DNA of 64,000 nucleotides from the IMG/VR virus record IMGVR_UViG_3300028558_000016, positions 248,001 to 312,000 of that record; one strand, given 5' to 3'. The position numbers and the translations under genes are program-made. How positions within the stretch are numbered: the stretch's first letter is position 1; the number at the start of each line of letters is the position of its first letter. The notes under the pieces were generated by a model that worked only from the letters and a program-made list of their open reading frames with translations, ran no database searches and was not told the DNA's origin. Shown piece by piece: positions 38,266 to 47,777 of this stretch.

Positions 38266-39510
38266 ATGAGCATTCCAAAGCCTTCTAAAGAATCTGCTCT
38301 TCAACAGAGAGCAATAAATCTGGAAAAGATCCACTACAAATTTCCAGAAGAAGATCCTGACATCATTCACTCGTTCATACAACACAATGGAACAACTCCG
38401 TCCCTTCATAAGGTGTGCGGTCCTTTCATCTATAACGAAGTCATCGACATCATTAAAACTTATTACGAAGGAAAAGAATTCGTCCAAGAATGGGAGATGG
38501 ATGACGATTACCACAAGTCATCAAGCTATAAAGTTCTTGATAATGGAAAATATACATTCATAAGAATAAAGAAGAGCTATCTTGCAATTGAGACTGATTA
38601 TCTTATCACTGCAAAGAAGAACAAGTATAAGGATAAAAGATACGGTTGGTTGATCACGTCTGAGATAGAAATATTCTTTGATTTTCCAACAGGAAAACCG
38701 CAGGACCTCATTGACAAATTAAAGAAGCTTGAGCTTGAGGTGAACAACGAACACAACAAGATCGGACTTATTTGCCAGGATACCGATGGTGGTTTATACA
38801 CCAAGGACTTCCCATTACTGAAGAACGATTTCGATTTCGATTTGAACCTTCATTACGGCTCTGGATTCTCTACGTTTCACGACATCACAATAAAGAGAAT
38901 AGATGATTCCGAAAAAGGAATCATACTGTTGCATGGGACTCCTGGCACCGGAAAATCCTATTACATAAGGAGATTGATCAGAGACCTCATGCGAAGGAAT
39001 AAGAAGATTCTATATCTTCCAAACAACATCGTCGATCTATTGGGAACCCCGCACTTCAATAACTTCTTATTGGACTTTGTTGATGATGCAATTGAATCAG
39101 GAAACAGAAAAGGTTTATTGATGGTCATTGAGGATGCTGAGAAGGTCCTATTAAAGAGAGAAAGCAATCCATACGGTGGTTCAGGCGTTTCAAACATATT
39201 GAACTGCACAGATGGAATATTGAACGACTTCTTAAACATTCAGATCCTTGCCACGTTCAACACCAACATCGAGAACATTGATGAGGCTATTCTTAGAAAG
39301 AAGAGAGCCATCTCAGTTAAAGAGTTTGGAAAGCTTTCAATAGAGGATTCTCAGAAGCTTATCGACAGCTTGAACATCGAATACACCGCAACAGAAGAGA
39401 TGTGTCTTGCCGATATTTATTCCATTAAACAGGAAGAGGAAGACAAAATCTTATTAGGAGATAAAAAGAAAGCGACGAAGGTTTTAGGATTCGGTTCAGC
39501 AAAAAGATGA
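38266..39510 (+). CDS. AAA+ ATPase
   Basis: LLHGTPGTGKS, MVIEDAE, LNCTDGIL, TFN...IDEAILRKKR. Confidence 0.85.
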   Translation: MSIPKPSKESALQQRAINLEKIHYKFPEEDPDIIHSFIQHNGTTPSLHKVCGPFIYNEVIDIIKTYYEGKEFVQEWEMDDDYHKSSSYKVLDNGKYTFIRIKKSYLAIETDYLITAKKNKYKDKRYGWLITSEIEIFFDFPTGKPQDLIDKLKKLELEVNNEHNKIGLICQDTDGGLYTKDFPLLKNDFDFDLNLHYGSGFSTFHDITIKRIDDSEKGIILLHGTPGTGKSYYIRRLIRDLMRRNKKILYLPNNIVDLLGTPHFNNFLLDFVDDAIESGNRKGLLMVIEDAEKVLLKRESNPYGGSGVSNILNCTDGILNDFLNIQILATFNTNIENIDEAILRKKRAISVKEFGKLSIEDSQKLIDSLNIEYTATEEMCLADIYSIKQEEEDKILLGDKKKATKVLGFGSAKR

Positions 39511-39722
39511 AATACAAATACATAACGATAAGACAAGTTGATGGAGAGTTGTTTGAGCAACGTCCTGTCTTCAGGATCTTTAATAACAAAAGCAACGATC
39601 AGATAGGAATAATTTCATGGTATAAGCCGTGGAAGGAATTTGTATTCTCTTCAAAGGAAAATTGCGTGTTCAACAACACATGCTTGAGAGACGTTCTTGA
39701 TTTCATAGAAAAACAAATATAA
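39507..39722 (+). CDS. Hypothetical protein
   Basis: ATGA-coupled. Confidence 0.55.
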   Translation: MKYKYITIRQVDGELFEQRPVFRIFNNKSNDQIGIISWYKPWKEFVFSSKENCVFNNTCLRDVLDFIEKQI

Positions 39723-39723
39723 C

Positions 39724-40053
39724 ATGGAAGCACAAAAATTCTTAACAGACAAGAAGAAGAAATCATTCGTTGAAGAATTTCTTACGAATGGATTTGAGGA
39801 TTTCTCTTTTGAGAACACCATGATGAAGGTCGTCAACGTGGACATTCACACATTGGTCGAAGGAGATCTAACCACAGTGATCATCACATACAAGGATGCT
39901 GTTGTCAACTTTGGAAAGCTTGAGGACAAATACTTCACCAAGCACATCCTCATTGACAAGAACCTTAACGTGTTGACTAACTTGACTTCAGAAGATGTGG
40001 TTTATTTAAAAGAACTGTTTGACAGATTTAAAACCGAATACATCTTGAACTAA
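39724..40053 (+). CDS. Hypothetical protein
   Basis: Co-oriented ORF. Confidence 0.55.
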   Translation: MEAQKFLTDKKKKSFVEEFLTNGFEDFSFENTMMKVVNVDIHTLVEGDLTTVIITYKDAVVNFGKLEDKYFTKHILIDKNLNVLTNLTSEDVVYLKELFDRFKTEYILN

Positions 40054-40346
40054 TGAACCCGACGAAGATATACCACCATACTGGAAAGCTTCCTAAGATC
40101 CACTGTGAACAAGATTACAGGGACATTCGCATTTACATCAACAACATGTTGCACATCATAATACCTCGTCCAATTGTTTCTGAGGTGACCAAGGACAGCA
40201 TAAGGCTTCAGTCCTATCTTGTTGGAAGCAGAGCAGCAAAAAGATATTTCATTGAGGTCGGTTCAGGCGAGAATGCAGACTATTACGGATACGACAACTT
40301 CGAGATGTGGAAGAAGGTATTGGAACTGCTTGATGAAAATATATAA
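40053..40346 (+). CDS. Hypothetical protein
   Basis: TAATG-coupled. Confidence 0.55.
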   Translation: MNPTKIYHHTGKLPKIHCEQDYRDIRIYINNMLHIIIPRPIVSEVTKDSIRLQSYLVGSRAAKRYFIEVGSGENADYYGYDNFEMWKKVLELLDENI

Positions 40347-40349
40347 TTC

Positions 40350-40937
40350 ATGGAGTACAAAGAATTCAAGGATAAACACAAAGGGCAAAAGATCATGGTG
40401 GTTGGTTGTGGGACTTCAACTGGAACGTTGACCAACCCACAAGACTACATCACAGTTGGCGTCAACGATCTATCGCGCCTCTTTCATCCCAACTACCTCG
40501 TTGTGTTGAATGACAAATCAAGCTTTGAACACGACAGATGGCAATGGATCGAAGGAACACATTGCCCACACATATTCACACACATAAGAAATTTAGCAGT
40601 CAAGGAAGAATCAAGGATACCATTGCAGCTTGGAAGATATGGCGGAACAGACCTTAACAAGGATGCCGTCGATTACACTTCAAATTCCACCTACGTCGCC
40701 TGCATCATTGCGGCTTACATGGGAGCTTCCAAGATAGGATTGCTTGGTGTTGATTTCACTCTCAATCATTTCTTCGCACAATCAGGAGAGCATTCATTGG
40801 CTAAGAAGGCAAACGTGATCAACATGGAATACGCAGCATTGAAGGTTGCGATGGACATGAAGGGAATAGAGTTTGTGAATCTTTCTCAAACGTCAAAGAT
40901 TACTGCTTTGCCTAAGCAAACAATAGAAGAATTTTAA
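40350..40937 (+). CDS. Maf/DUF115-like glycosyltransferase-fold protein
   Basis: KDKHKGQKIMVVGCGTS...ITVGVND...NSTY.A...AAYMGASKIGLLGVDF. Confidence 0.7.
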   Translation: MEYKEFKDKHKGQKIMVVGCGTSTGTLTNPQDYITVGVNDLSRLFHPNYLVVLNDKSSFEHDRWQWIEGTHCPHIFTHIRNLAVKEESRIPLQLGRYGGTDLNKDAVDYTSNSTYVACIIAAYMGASKIGLLGVDFTLNHFFAQSGEHSLAKKANVINMEYAALKVAMDMKGIEFVNLSQTSKITALPKQTIEEF

Positions 40938-40949
40938 TATATAAACCGA

Positions 40950-41059
40950 TTTTGCTTCTGTAAAGATACGGGAAGAAGTAGGGAATAGCTTTCACCTTCA
41001 CTATGCCGTGGTTAAGACGATAATAATGTCTCACGAGCGAACAGGTAGCCCCAGCAAAG
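40950..41059 (+). ncRNA. Candidate structured RNA or 5' leader (family unknown)
   Basis: Closing stem tttgct/agcaaa around three hairpins, directly after AATATATA at 40936. Confidence 0.3.
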
Positions 41060-41085
41060 TCTTTTTAAAAATAACATTTGATTCC

Positions 41086-41466
41086 ATGCGAATAAAACTA
41101 TTTGAAGAATATCTAAATGAAGGTGAAGATATTATTTCCAAGATCAAGACTGACATGGAATCTTTTAAGGTGGATGGTCAGCGACCACAAGGAGACTTAT
41201 CAGTTGGAAAAGATTCGGTTTCCGTTAGCTTCAAGCATGTTGGTAATTGGGTTCATGATGAAGAGAGACACAGCGAGGAAGAAACAGAGGATGAGGATTG
41301 GAGAGAGGATGATGACCAAATGATTTGGGCACATGGAGAATATAAGAAGTATATGGCACAGTTTGATGAATGGGCAAAAGGAAAATCATGGTATTCAAAA
41401 GTAAAATTAGGAATTGACACAGGTGAGAAAAACTGGACTGAGTTTTCAGTAACAATCAAAAAGTAA
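41086..41466 (+). CDS. Putative internal head protein
   Basis: Start moved to ATG 41086, giving MRIKLFEEYLNE. Confidence 0.65.
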   Translation: MRIKLFEEYLNEGEDIISKIKTDMESFKVDGQRPQGDLSVGKDSVSVSFKHVGNWVHDEERHSEEETEDEDWREDDDQMIWAHGEYKKYMAQFDEWAKGKSWYSKVKLGIDTGEKNWTEFSVTIKK

Positions 41467-41477
41467 AATGATTTAGA

Positions 41478-41711
41478 ATGACGTACAAGGTTCAGAACAA
41501 ATTCAGAATACGCGAATCATGTGGTGGATCTTATGTCGTAGTTTTCTTCTTCGAGAAGATGGTGGAAGTTACTCTGGAAACCTTGTTGGATGAATGCCCT
41601 ATAGAACAATACTACATCATCAAGGAGAAGAATCAGATCGCATTCAGACTAAAAAATTACGATGACTTTGATAAGATAGGAGATTTCGTGGAAATTAAGA
41701 ACCCTCAATGA
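41478..41711 (+). CDS. Hypothetical protein
   Basis: Co-oriented ORF ending in the terminator. Confidence 0.5.
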   Translation: MTYKVQNKFRIRESCGGSYVVVFFFEKMVEVTLETLLDECPIEQYYIIKEKNQIAFRLKNYDDFDKIGDFVEIKNPQ

Positions 41712-41726
41712 CTGAGGGTTTTTTTA
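41700..41726 (+). terminator. Terminator at the convergence of the plus and minus blocks
   Basis: aaccctca-atgac-tgagggtt followed by a T tract. Confidence 0.75.
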
Positions 41727-42134
41727 TTTTTTTGATATTGATTCTTCGAGTTCGTTTACCCAATCAGGCTTTGCAGATACAAGAACAACTATTTCATCTG
41801 TGTTTTCAACAAACTCCAATGAATTTTCTTTAGAATTCAAATTCATTCCAAATTTTTTATTTATTACATTTATAAATTCTTTTTCTGTTTCATAGTGTTT
41901 TTTTATCCAAGCTTCATTTATTCTATCAAATTCAGTTTCTTTTAACAGATCTTCTTTTGGAAATACATTTCCGATCTCTTCTGTAGACATTTCATTTAAT
42001 TCAGAAGTGATTCTTATCTGATAAGCGAGATCATCTGATATTTCCATAGAAAAACATTCCACATCTTTAATTTTTTCAATAAAAAATGGATCGCCTTCAT
42101 TATCAGGATCTAAATATATTTTAACTTGTTTCAT
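41724..42134 (-). CDS. Hypothetical protein
   Basis: Start moved to ATG 42134 (MKQVKIYL), ATGA-coupled. Confidence 0.55.
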   Translation of the reverse strand: MKQVKIYLDPDNEGDPFFIEKIKDVECFSMEISDDLAYQIRITSELNEMSTEEIGNVFPKEDLLKETEFDRINEAWIKKHYETEKEFINVINKKFGMNLNSKENSLEFVENTDEIVVLVSAKPDWVNELEESISKK

Positions 42135-42316
42135 TGTTCTTCTTCTCTTGCAAGCCATGCCCACAGAAGTCCAAGTGGAACTCCAAACATTCCTGCAATC
42201 ATTAATGCCTTTTCTGTCGTAACATCTTTCCTTGCTAATGATCCTATGCATGATATAACCACCACAACAAGGAACACGCTCCAGTTAAACGATTTAAAGT
42301 ATTTTATTATTTTCAT
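42131..42316 (-). CDS. Small two-TM membrane protein
   Basis: Two hydrophobic helices. Confidence 0.55.
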   Translation of the reverse strand: MKIIKYFKSFNWSVFLVVVVISCIGSLARKDVTTEKALMIAGMFGVPLGLLWAWLAREEEQ

Positions 42317-42744
42317 AATACGTCTTGATGTTTAAAATCGTCTTCAATGCTGTATTGCTTTATTTTTCTGTACAACGTTCTCTCGCTCATGGTAAGAAGC
42401 AAAGCCGCTTTCTTTCTATTTCCATTACATTGTTTCAATGCTCTTAAGACCAAGGTTTTTTCCCAATCAACACCCAAAGGAATTTCTTCTATGACGCTGA
42501 ATGTTTCCATTTTTTTAAGATGAGGAGAATAGTCTGGATCGTTTCTCAGTATAGCATTTGCCAATTCATTATAATCGATCACAAGCTTGGTGTAATCAAC
42601 TTTTGCGTCTCCTACTATTTCAGGTCCATTGATCAGGTCCAATAATTGGTCTTCAGCAGCATCCTGTGTGATGTCTCTGTTTCTGAACTTGATAAGAATA
42701 TTTCTTACCACAGCTGAATATTTCATTTCGTCAAATCCTGTCAT
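42313..42744 (-). CDS. Fis/NtrC-type helix-turn-helix protein
   Basis: EKTLVLRALKQCNGNRKKAALLLTMSERTLYRKIKQY. Confidence 0.8.
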   Translation of the reverse strand: MTGFDEMKYSAVVRNILIKFRNRDITQDAAEDQLLDLINGPEIVGDAKVDYTKLVIDYNELANAILRNDPDYSPHLKKMETFSVIEEIPLGVDWEKTLVLRALKQCNGNRKKAALLLTMSERTLYRKIKQYSIEDDFKHQDVL

Positions 42745-43082
42745 AACATTATATTACCTTCACTTCCATTTACTGTAACCACCTCATCGTTGAATGAACC
42801 TGGCATTATCATTGCAGTTGACTCTATTCCCATCATGACAACTGGTTTAAGGTTGGTGATGAACATGAAGCTCTTAGGACATAGTTTGTCTTTCCATAAT
42901 TCTCCCAATTGAGGCTTTATGTTTGTCACAACTGTTCTTGTATCACCGTCTCCAAACTCAACTGTCAGCTTTAACAGCTTGGATGATTTTGGAACTTCTT
43001 CTGCATGGGTGATGAATCCAACTTTAATCTCAAGCTTCTTTTCAAGCTCAAGGAATTCCGTAAATTCTATTTGTTCTTTCAT
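42741..43082 (-). CDS. Stand-alone tRNA-binding OB-fold protein (Trbp111/CsaA/MetRS-C-like)
   Basis: IEFTEF...EIKVG.I..AE.V..SSKLLKL.V.FG...R.VV...NLKP..MMG.ES..MI. Confidence 0.8.
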   Translation of the reverse strand: MKEQIEFTEFLELEKKLEIKVGFITHAEEVPKSSKLLKLTVEFGDGDTRTVVTNIKPQLGELWKDKLCPKSFMFITNLKPVVMMGIESTAMIMPGSFNDEVVTVNGSEGNIML

Positions 43083-43083
43083 A

Positions 43084-44055
43084 TTATTCTGTTTCAGTTT
43101 CTTTTGTTATTTCTTTTACTGCTCCTTCTCCAAGGAACTCAATCACCTTCTCGAGGGTGAGATCACAATATTCGTCAATCCAATCTCCGATGTAATAAAG
43201 CTTTCTGCTTCCAATAACAACCCCAAACAGGATTGGATCTCTTTTTCTTGCAGTCTCTATAATCTTTTCTTCAACGGTTTGTTCGCTTCCTTTTCCATCT
43301 GGATCGTAATGAAGCACGACGTAGTTGTCGAATATGTGGCGGTCATCTGCTTTAATCTTCTTCTCTGCAACGTCATCTGGAATGATCCTCACGAAGTTCT
43401 TTATCCAATCAAGGCGAAGAGCCTTAGGGGATTTCTTTATGAACTTAATTATGTTGTCTTCTGACAAGTACTTGGTCATTCCAATTGCATACAACTGAGC
43501 TTCGGCCCTGTACATCTCGATGTCAAATGCCATTGACTGCATCAACGATACTTGTCCAAGTTGTTTAAGCTTTTTAATTGCGGCATCGTAACCTTCTATT
43601 TTTTCTCTTACGAGAACGATTTCTTCCACGCTGTTCTTAACAGAGTTAAAGAATTCTTCTACAGACATTTCAGGTTGAGGTTCTTCTTCTGGCAGCTTGT
43701 GTATTTCCATGTTTGGCACTTGCGCCATGTCCTGCTCCATGCGTATTCGTTCTGCTTCCTTCTTCCTCTTGGACTTACCAAATATCCTTTCAATTATTCC
43801 GGGCTTGTTTCCTGAGTCTCCCATTCCTCCAGCCTGGAATGATCCAGACACAGTTGTTATTGGCCAACCAATAGGAGTGATAAACGAATCGCTTCCTACA
43901 ACCAATTTGCCTTCAGGATTTCTTGTGATGTTGTTGTATATCATCATGTGAGCTCCTTCTTCCATTCGGTGTCTCCACTTAGGAAGTTGATAATCCACCT
44001 CGAATGCTTCAAACACTCTTAATGATTTCTTGTCGTGTGCTAATGTGCTGCTCAT
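43084..44055 (-). CDS. Conserved phage hypothetical protein
   Basis: FDNYVVLHYDPDG...RDPILFG...SRKLYYIGDWIDEYCDLTL. Confidence 0.6.
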   Translation of the reverse strand: MSSTLAHDKKSLRVFEAFEVDYQLPKWRHRMEEGAHMMIYNNITRNPEGKLVVGSDSFITPIGWPITTVSGSFQAGGMGDSGNKPGIIERIFGKSKRKKEAERIRMEQDMAQVPNMEIHKLPEEEPQPEMSVEEFFNSVKNSVEEIVLVREKIEGYDAAIKKLKQLGQVSLMQSMAFDIEMYRAEAQLYAIGMTKYLSEDNIIKFIKKSPKALRLDWIKNFVRIIPDDVAEKKIKADDRHIFDNYVVLHYDPDGKGSEQTVEEKIIETARKRDPILFGVVIGSRKLYYIGDWIDEYCDLTLEKVIEFLGEGAVKEITKETETE

Positions 44056-44285
44056 TTTATCCTTGCGTTAATTCGTTTAGTAATACGTTTGACCACCTTT
44101 TCCAATCCAGCCATGTCTCCAAGTTCTTCCGGATTCTTCAAAGCTTTCTTAATTAAGTCAGGTTTGAAAAATGAAGGATCAACATCGCCCCAATCATCTT
44201 TCTTAAACTCATCATAGATGATCTTGGATATTTCTTCTTCTGTGAACTGCTTCACTTCCTTTTGTTTTGTTCCTGGGAATGCCAT
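44052..44285 (-). CDS. Hypothetical protein
   Basis: ATGA-coupled. Confidence 0.5.
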   Translation of the reverse strand: MAFPGTKQKEVKQFTEEEISKIIYDEFKKDDWGDVDPSFFKPDLIKKALKNPEELGDMAGLEKVVKRITKRINARIK

Positions 44286-44731
44286 TAGTTCTTTTTATGT
44301 TTTGTTACTACCACTTCAATGTCATTGAATTTTCCAACATTGGATAAGAGAGTTGAAACTTCGTTTGTGTCGTCGTCGCCCCAATATTCTATGTTGAGCT
44401 TCCAATCAGTAAGCGTTATGTTAACGTTCAAATGATTTTCAAATGCGTCATTTTTCTTCTGCTTGGTTGTTATGTAAAAATTTGCTTCTTTGAACGTAAG
44501 GTCTCTTGGATATGGAAGTGATATTAGCTTCAACAGCTTTTCCTTTGTTGGTTCTTCTATTGCTGCTTCTATTCGAGACGAAACTTTATATGCCAACGTT
44601 GGGTGATCTGCCTGACGGGTTAGAACTCCTTCAACGCTTGTCACGAAAGCTTTTATGGAGCTTGGCTCAGGTAGAAATTTTAAGATTCCTTCCATTGTTG
44701 CGTAATTTGCTGGTGATATTACTTGAAACAT
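44285..44731 (-). CDS. Hypothetical protein
   Basis: TAATG-coupled. Confidence 0.55.
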   Translation of the reverse strand: MFQVISPANYATMEGILKFLPEPSSIKAFVTSVEGVLTRQADHPTLAYKVSSRIEAAIEEPTKEKLLKLISLPYPRDLTFKEANFYITTKQKKNDAFENHLNVNITLTDWKLNIEYWGDDDTNEVSTLLSNVGKFNDIEVVVTKHKKN

Positions 44732-44732
44732 T

Positions 44733-45224
44733 TTATTTTGCTTTAATTTTTAAATACTCATCATGCAAGTCTGCTAACACCGGTGCTGTCAAAAATAACA
44801 ATCCAAACACTGCCAAGCTTATTATGCTTAATATAGGAGTTGATAATCCCAACGCTGCAAGCAATAACCATTTGGCCAAATATATTCCGCATACAACAGT
44901 TCTAATTCTCGAGGTCTTTCTTTGTCTTGGAGTTCCTCTTACAGCAGTCTCCATTCTATCCATATCCTCATGCATTTTTCTAAGAAGATCTTTCAACGCG
45001 GCATCATATTCCGCTTGCGTGTATTCTCTATTTGACATTGGTCCTGTTCCAGGTTTCTTTAAAAGAATTTCCTTTGCAGACAAAAGCTTTTTGAAGTTCT
45101 CTTCACTTCCACCTTTATCTGGGTGGTGTTTCATTGCAAGTTTCTTAAAGGCTTTATTTATTTCCTTTTCATCCTTGCATGTAGTTGGAAGTTCCAACAG
45201 CTTGTATGCATTTTCCTTCGTCAT
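44733..45224 (-). CDS. J-domain protein with C-terminal membrane anchor
   Basis: AYKLLEL...INKAFKKLAMKHHPDKGG.EE.F; hydrophobic C-terminal hairpin. Confidence 0.85.
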   Translation of the reverse strand: MTKENAYKLLELPTTCKDEKEINKAFKKLAMKHHPDKGGSEENFKKLLSAKEILLKKPGTGPMSNREYTQAEYDAALKDLLRKMHEDMDRMETAVRGTPRQRKTSRIRTVVCGIYLAKWLLLAALGLSTPILSIISLAVFGLLFLTAPVLADLHDEYLKIKAK

Positions 45225-45226
45225 CG

Positions 45227-45910
45227 TTAAATATTGTCTGCTATTCCGTTGTCTACTTCGATTGTTATAGAACCGTCTAAAATTCCATCAACAAGTCCTT
45301 GAATATCTGCGCTTGGTCCGCTCCCATACGATTTGCCATACTTGCTTCCTTCCGGAATTTGAAAGTCAAATGATTTGGTGTAGGTCTTGCTCTGAATCTT
45401 TTCCTTCATGCAATGAATTGTTTCTTCTGGAATCTCATGTATGTCACCAAGAACTTGCACAGCCTTTAATAATCCATCCATTGGATCATCTTCTCTTCTG
45501 GAATTTCTTTCTTGATTTGCTATTCCACATTCTGTTATTCTGTTCTTTTCAAATGCAGCTTCGATCCTTTCTATTTCATTTGCAGTATATCCGGTTAATT
45601 CAGCTTGTTGCAATGCTACATCTTCTCTGTAGTTGAATCTTCCATTCCTTCTGAAATATTCTGAGTCTTGGACTTGACTTATGTTATCCTTGTTTATTCC
45701 GGTCAATACTCTTTCACGAATGACGTTCATCAATGCCACCCAAGCTCCAACGGTTCCTCCTGTTTTTGCGTCATAGTTATAAGTTCCTTGTGAGTATGCA
45801 ATTAGATTTCCAACAGCACAGTTGCAAGGAGACAAGTGTCTTAAATTTCCGTTCTCGTATGCGTCAACTAATATGTCAACGCTTCTTACGAATTGTTCAG
45901 GGTTTTTCAT
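45227..45910 (-). CDS. Hypothetical protein
   Basis: LVDAYENG...CNCAVGNLIA motif. Confidence 0.55.
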   Translation of the reverse strand: MKNPEQFVRSVDILVDAYENGNLRHLSPCNCAVGNLIAYSQGTYNYDAKTGGTVGAWVALMNVIRERVLTGINKDNISQVQDSEYFRRNGRFNYREDVALQQAELTGYTANEIERIEAAFEKNRITECGIANQERNSRREDDPMDGLLKAVQVLGDIHEIPEETIHCMKEKIQSKTYTKSFDFQIPEGSKYGKSYGSGPSADIQGLVDGILDGSITIEVDNGIADNI

Positions 45911-46533
45911 ATATTGTAAAATAATCTGTTCTTAAACATCTCCAACATTTCTAATTTTCTTTTTTCTGTCAGTTCAGGAAGTTTTCCCCATTTCTTAGGA
46001 ATGTCCTGATCATCTTTTACGTCCCATGGTTTTCCAATCAACATCAATGAAACACAAACACCATCAATAGGTCTTACATAATGCCAACCCAATGGATCGA
46101 GCATCTCATAATAATTATTTCCTGTCATTTCAACTTTTGCAATCTCTCTAACAACAACGGTGTGTTTATTCTCGTCTTCTCCAACCACCTTCAAAGCTTT
46201 GCTTACTTTATCCTTATGCTTTTCCCAATCAGAAGAATCTTGTCTCAACACATTTAATTCAACGAATCCTGGAGAGTGTCTCGTTCCTAATCCCATCTCA
46301 TATTTTCCAGACAACACATGCATTGCAGATGGCCATGGATGAGGATGGTATAAAGCTTCCTCTGGTTTGCATGGATGAATCACGTGCAACATCAATCGTG
46401 CATCAACGATTTGCGTCCACAGACGTTCAACTCTTGGATGGTGATAATTCACATCAAGAGTGTTCCATATTGATGGGTTCCTTAAAAGGTCCATCAATAC
46501 GGTTTGCTCTATATGTTTTAAGTCTTCGATCAT
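45907..46533 (-). CDS. Cupin-fold protein (cysteine-dioxygenase-like)
   Basis: YHPHPWPSAMHVLSG.YE...WHYVRP...SLML. Confidence 0.6.
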   Translation of the reverse strand: MIEDLKHIEQTVLMDLLRNPSIWNTLDVNYHHPRVERLWTQIVDARLMLHVIHPCKPEEALYHPHPWPSAMHVLSGKYEMGLGTRHSPGFVELNVLRQDSSDWEKHKDKVSKALKVVGEDENKHTVVVREIAKVEMTGNNYYEMLDPLGWHYVRPIDGVCVSLMLIGKPWDVKDDQDIPKKWGKLPELTEKRKLEMLEMFKNRLFYNI

Positions 46534-46538
46534 ATTAA

Positions 46539-47774
46539 TTACATTAAGTGTGTATAGTCACCTGTGTAGCTTTGTTTGTATTTCCAATTAACAGTGTCGG
46601 CCGATTCAACACGGTACACAGTGTGCTTGATTGTGATTTTCGGTTTTTGTTTAGGTTCTTTTGTTGCTTTAGCCGGATCAGAAACTTCTTCAGATCCTTT
46701 TGCCACCCTGCGTCTTGCTTTTCTGATTGGTTTTCCATCTTCTTCTCTTGACTCAACCTTAATGGTGCAATAATCTATAACCTCTATGATTATTCCAAGG
46801 TTGTCGTTTCCTGCATAGAAATAGTTTCCAAGGATTTGTTCTTCCTCTACATCGATCTTACGAGGAGAAATCACGGCACCCTTTTTGAATTCAGTCAGAT
46901 TTCCTTGTTCATCAACTATGGAGATGTTGAACTTGCCTGTTATCTTCTTAACGTTGAACACGTCTTTGAACATCGCAGTGGACTCATTGTGGATGTTGAC
47001 CTCATCAATGATGGAATTAACTATGTCAACCGTTATGAGCTCAAGATTAGAAATGAACTTCATGCAATCATCCTTGAATTTCTTGTGGATGAGTCTGTCG
47101 TCTATGATCTCTTCAACAATCTCTGCTGGAAGATCTCCAAACGTTTTCAGGTAACGAATCCTTCCTGGGCGTTGTAATAAGTTTTCGTTTATGTATAGCT
47201 TATTTGTCGTAAGCATGAATGCTCTTCTGCAATCAGAATTCAGTGCTCCATCCATTATGGTTAGCATGTCAGCTTCTTCTCCGAACACCTTCTCATATTC
47301 GTCTATGAATATGATGATGTCTTGTGGAATTGAGTTCAAGAAGAAATGGGATCCATCTATGAAGTGAGTCACCAAGATGATTGGCATCTTTAATTCGTTG
47401 CAAATTATCTTTGCCGTGACGGTCTTTCCAGTTCCTTTAACTCCATTGAAAAGCATTCCAAGATTTCCTTTAGTTGCACTGTAAGTCTTGGTTGCTCTTT
47501 TTACAAGCGCAGTTTCCAAACCATACAGCTTGTAATCGAAAGAAAAGAATTCTTCCTTCTTCTCGAGATAGAATCCGTAGATGTCTATTTCAAGAGTGTA
47601 CACAGCATTTTCCAATTTTGGTTGCTGCTTTGCAAGGTCCTTGAGCCTGAACACGTCGCCGTTCTCATGCCAAACCTTGTCTACTCTTATACGGCGTTTT
47701 CCTCTTGGCGGTGCGTATTCCATTTTTAGTGCTGAAACATTTACTTCTCCTGTTTCTTCTGCTCTTGTGCCCAT
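46539..47774 (-). CDS. AAA+ ATPase
   Basis: LFNGVKGTGKT, IFIDEYEK, MDG, LTTN, RPGRIRY. Confidence 0.85.
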   Translation of the reverse strand: MGTRAEETGEVNVSALKMEYAPPRGKRRIRVDKVWHENGDVFRLKDLAKQQPKLENAVYTLEIDIYGFYLEKKEEFFSFDYKLYGLETALVKRATKTYSATKGNLGMLFNGVKGTGKTVTAKIICNELKMPIILVTHFIDGSHFFLNSIPQDIIIFIDEYEKVFGEEADMLTIMDGALNSDCRRAFMLTTNKLYINENLLQRPGRIRYLKTFGDLPAEIVEEIIDDRLIHKKFKDDCMKFISNLELITVDIVNSIIDEVNIHNESTAMFKDVFNVKKITGKFNISIVDEQGNLTEFKKGAVISPRKIDVEEEQILGNYFYAGNDNLGIIIEVIDYCTIKVESREEDGKPIRKARRRVAKGSEEVSDPAKATKEPKQKPKITIKHTVYRVESADTVNWKYKQSYTGDYTHLM

Positions 47775-47777
47775 AAT

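Noticed and set aside
41008-41085. ORF-track upstream starts (41008; likewise 18621, 20665, 22363)
   Set aside because: Downstream starts expose the shared targeting motif and, in several cases, stop/start coupling, so the longer versions are probably artefacts.
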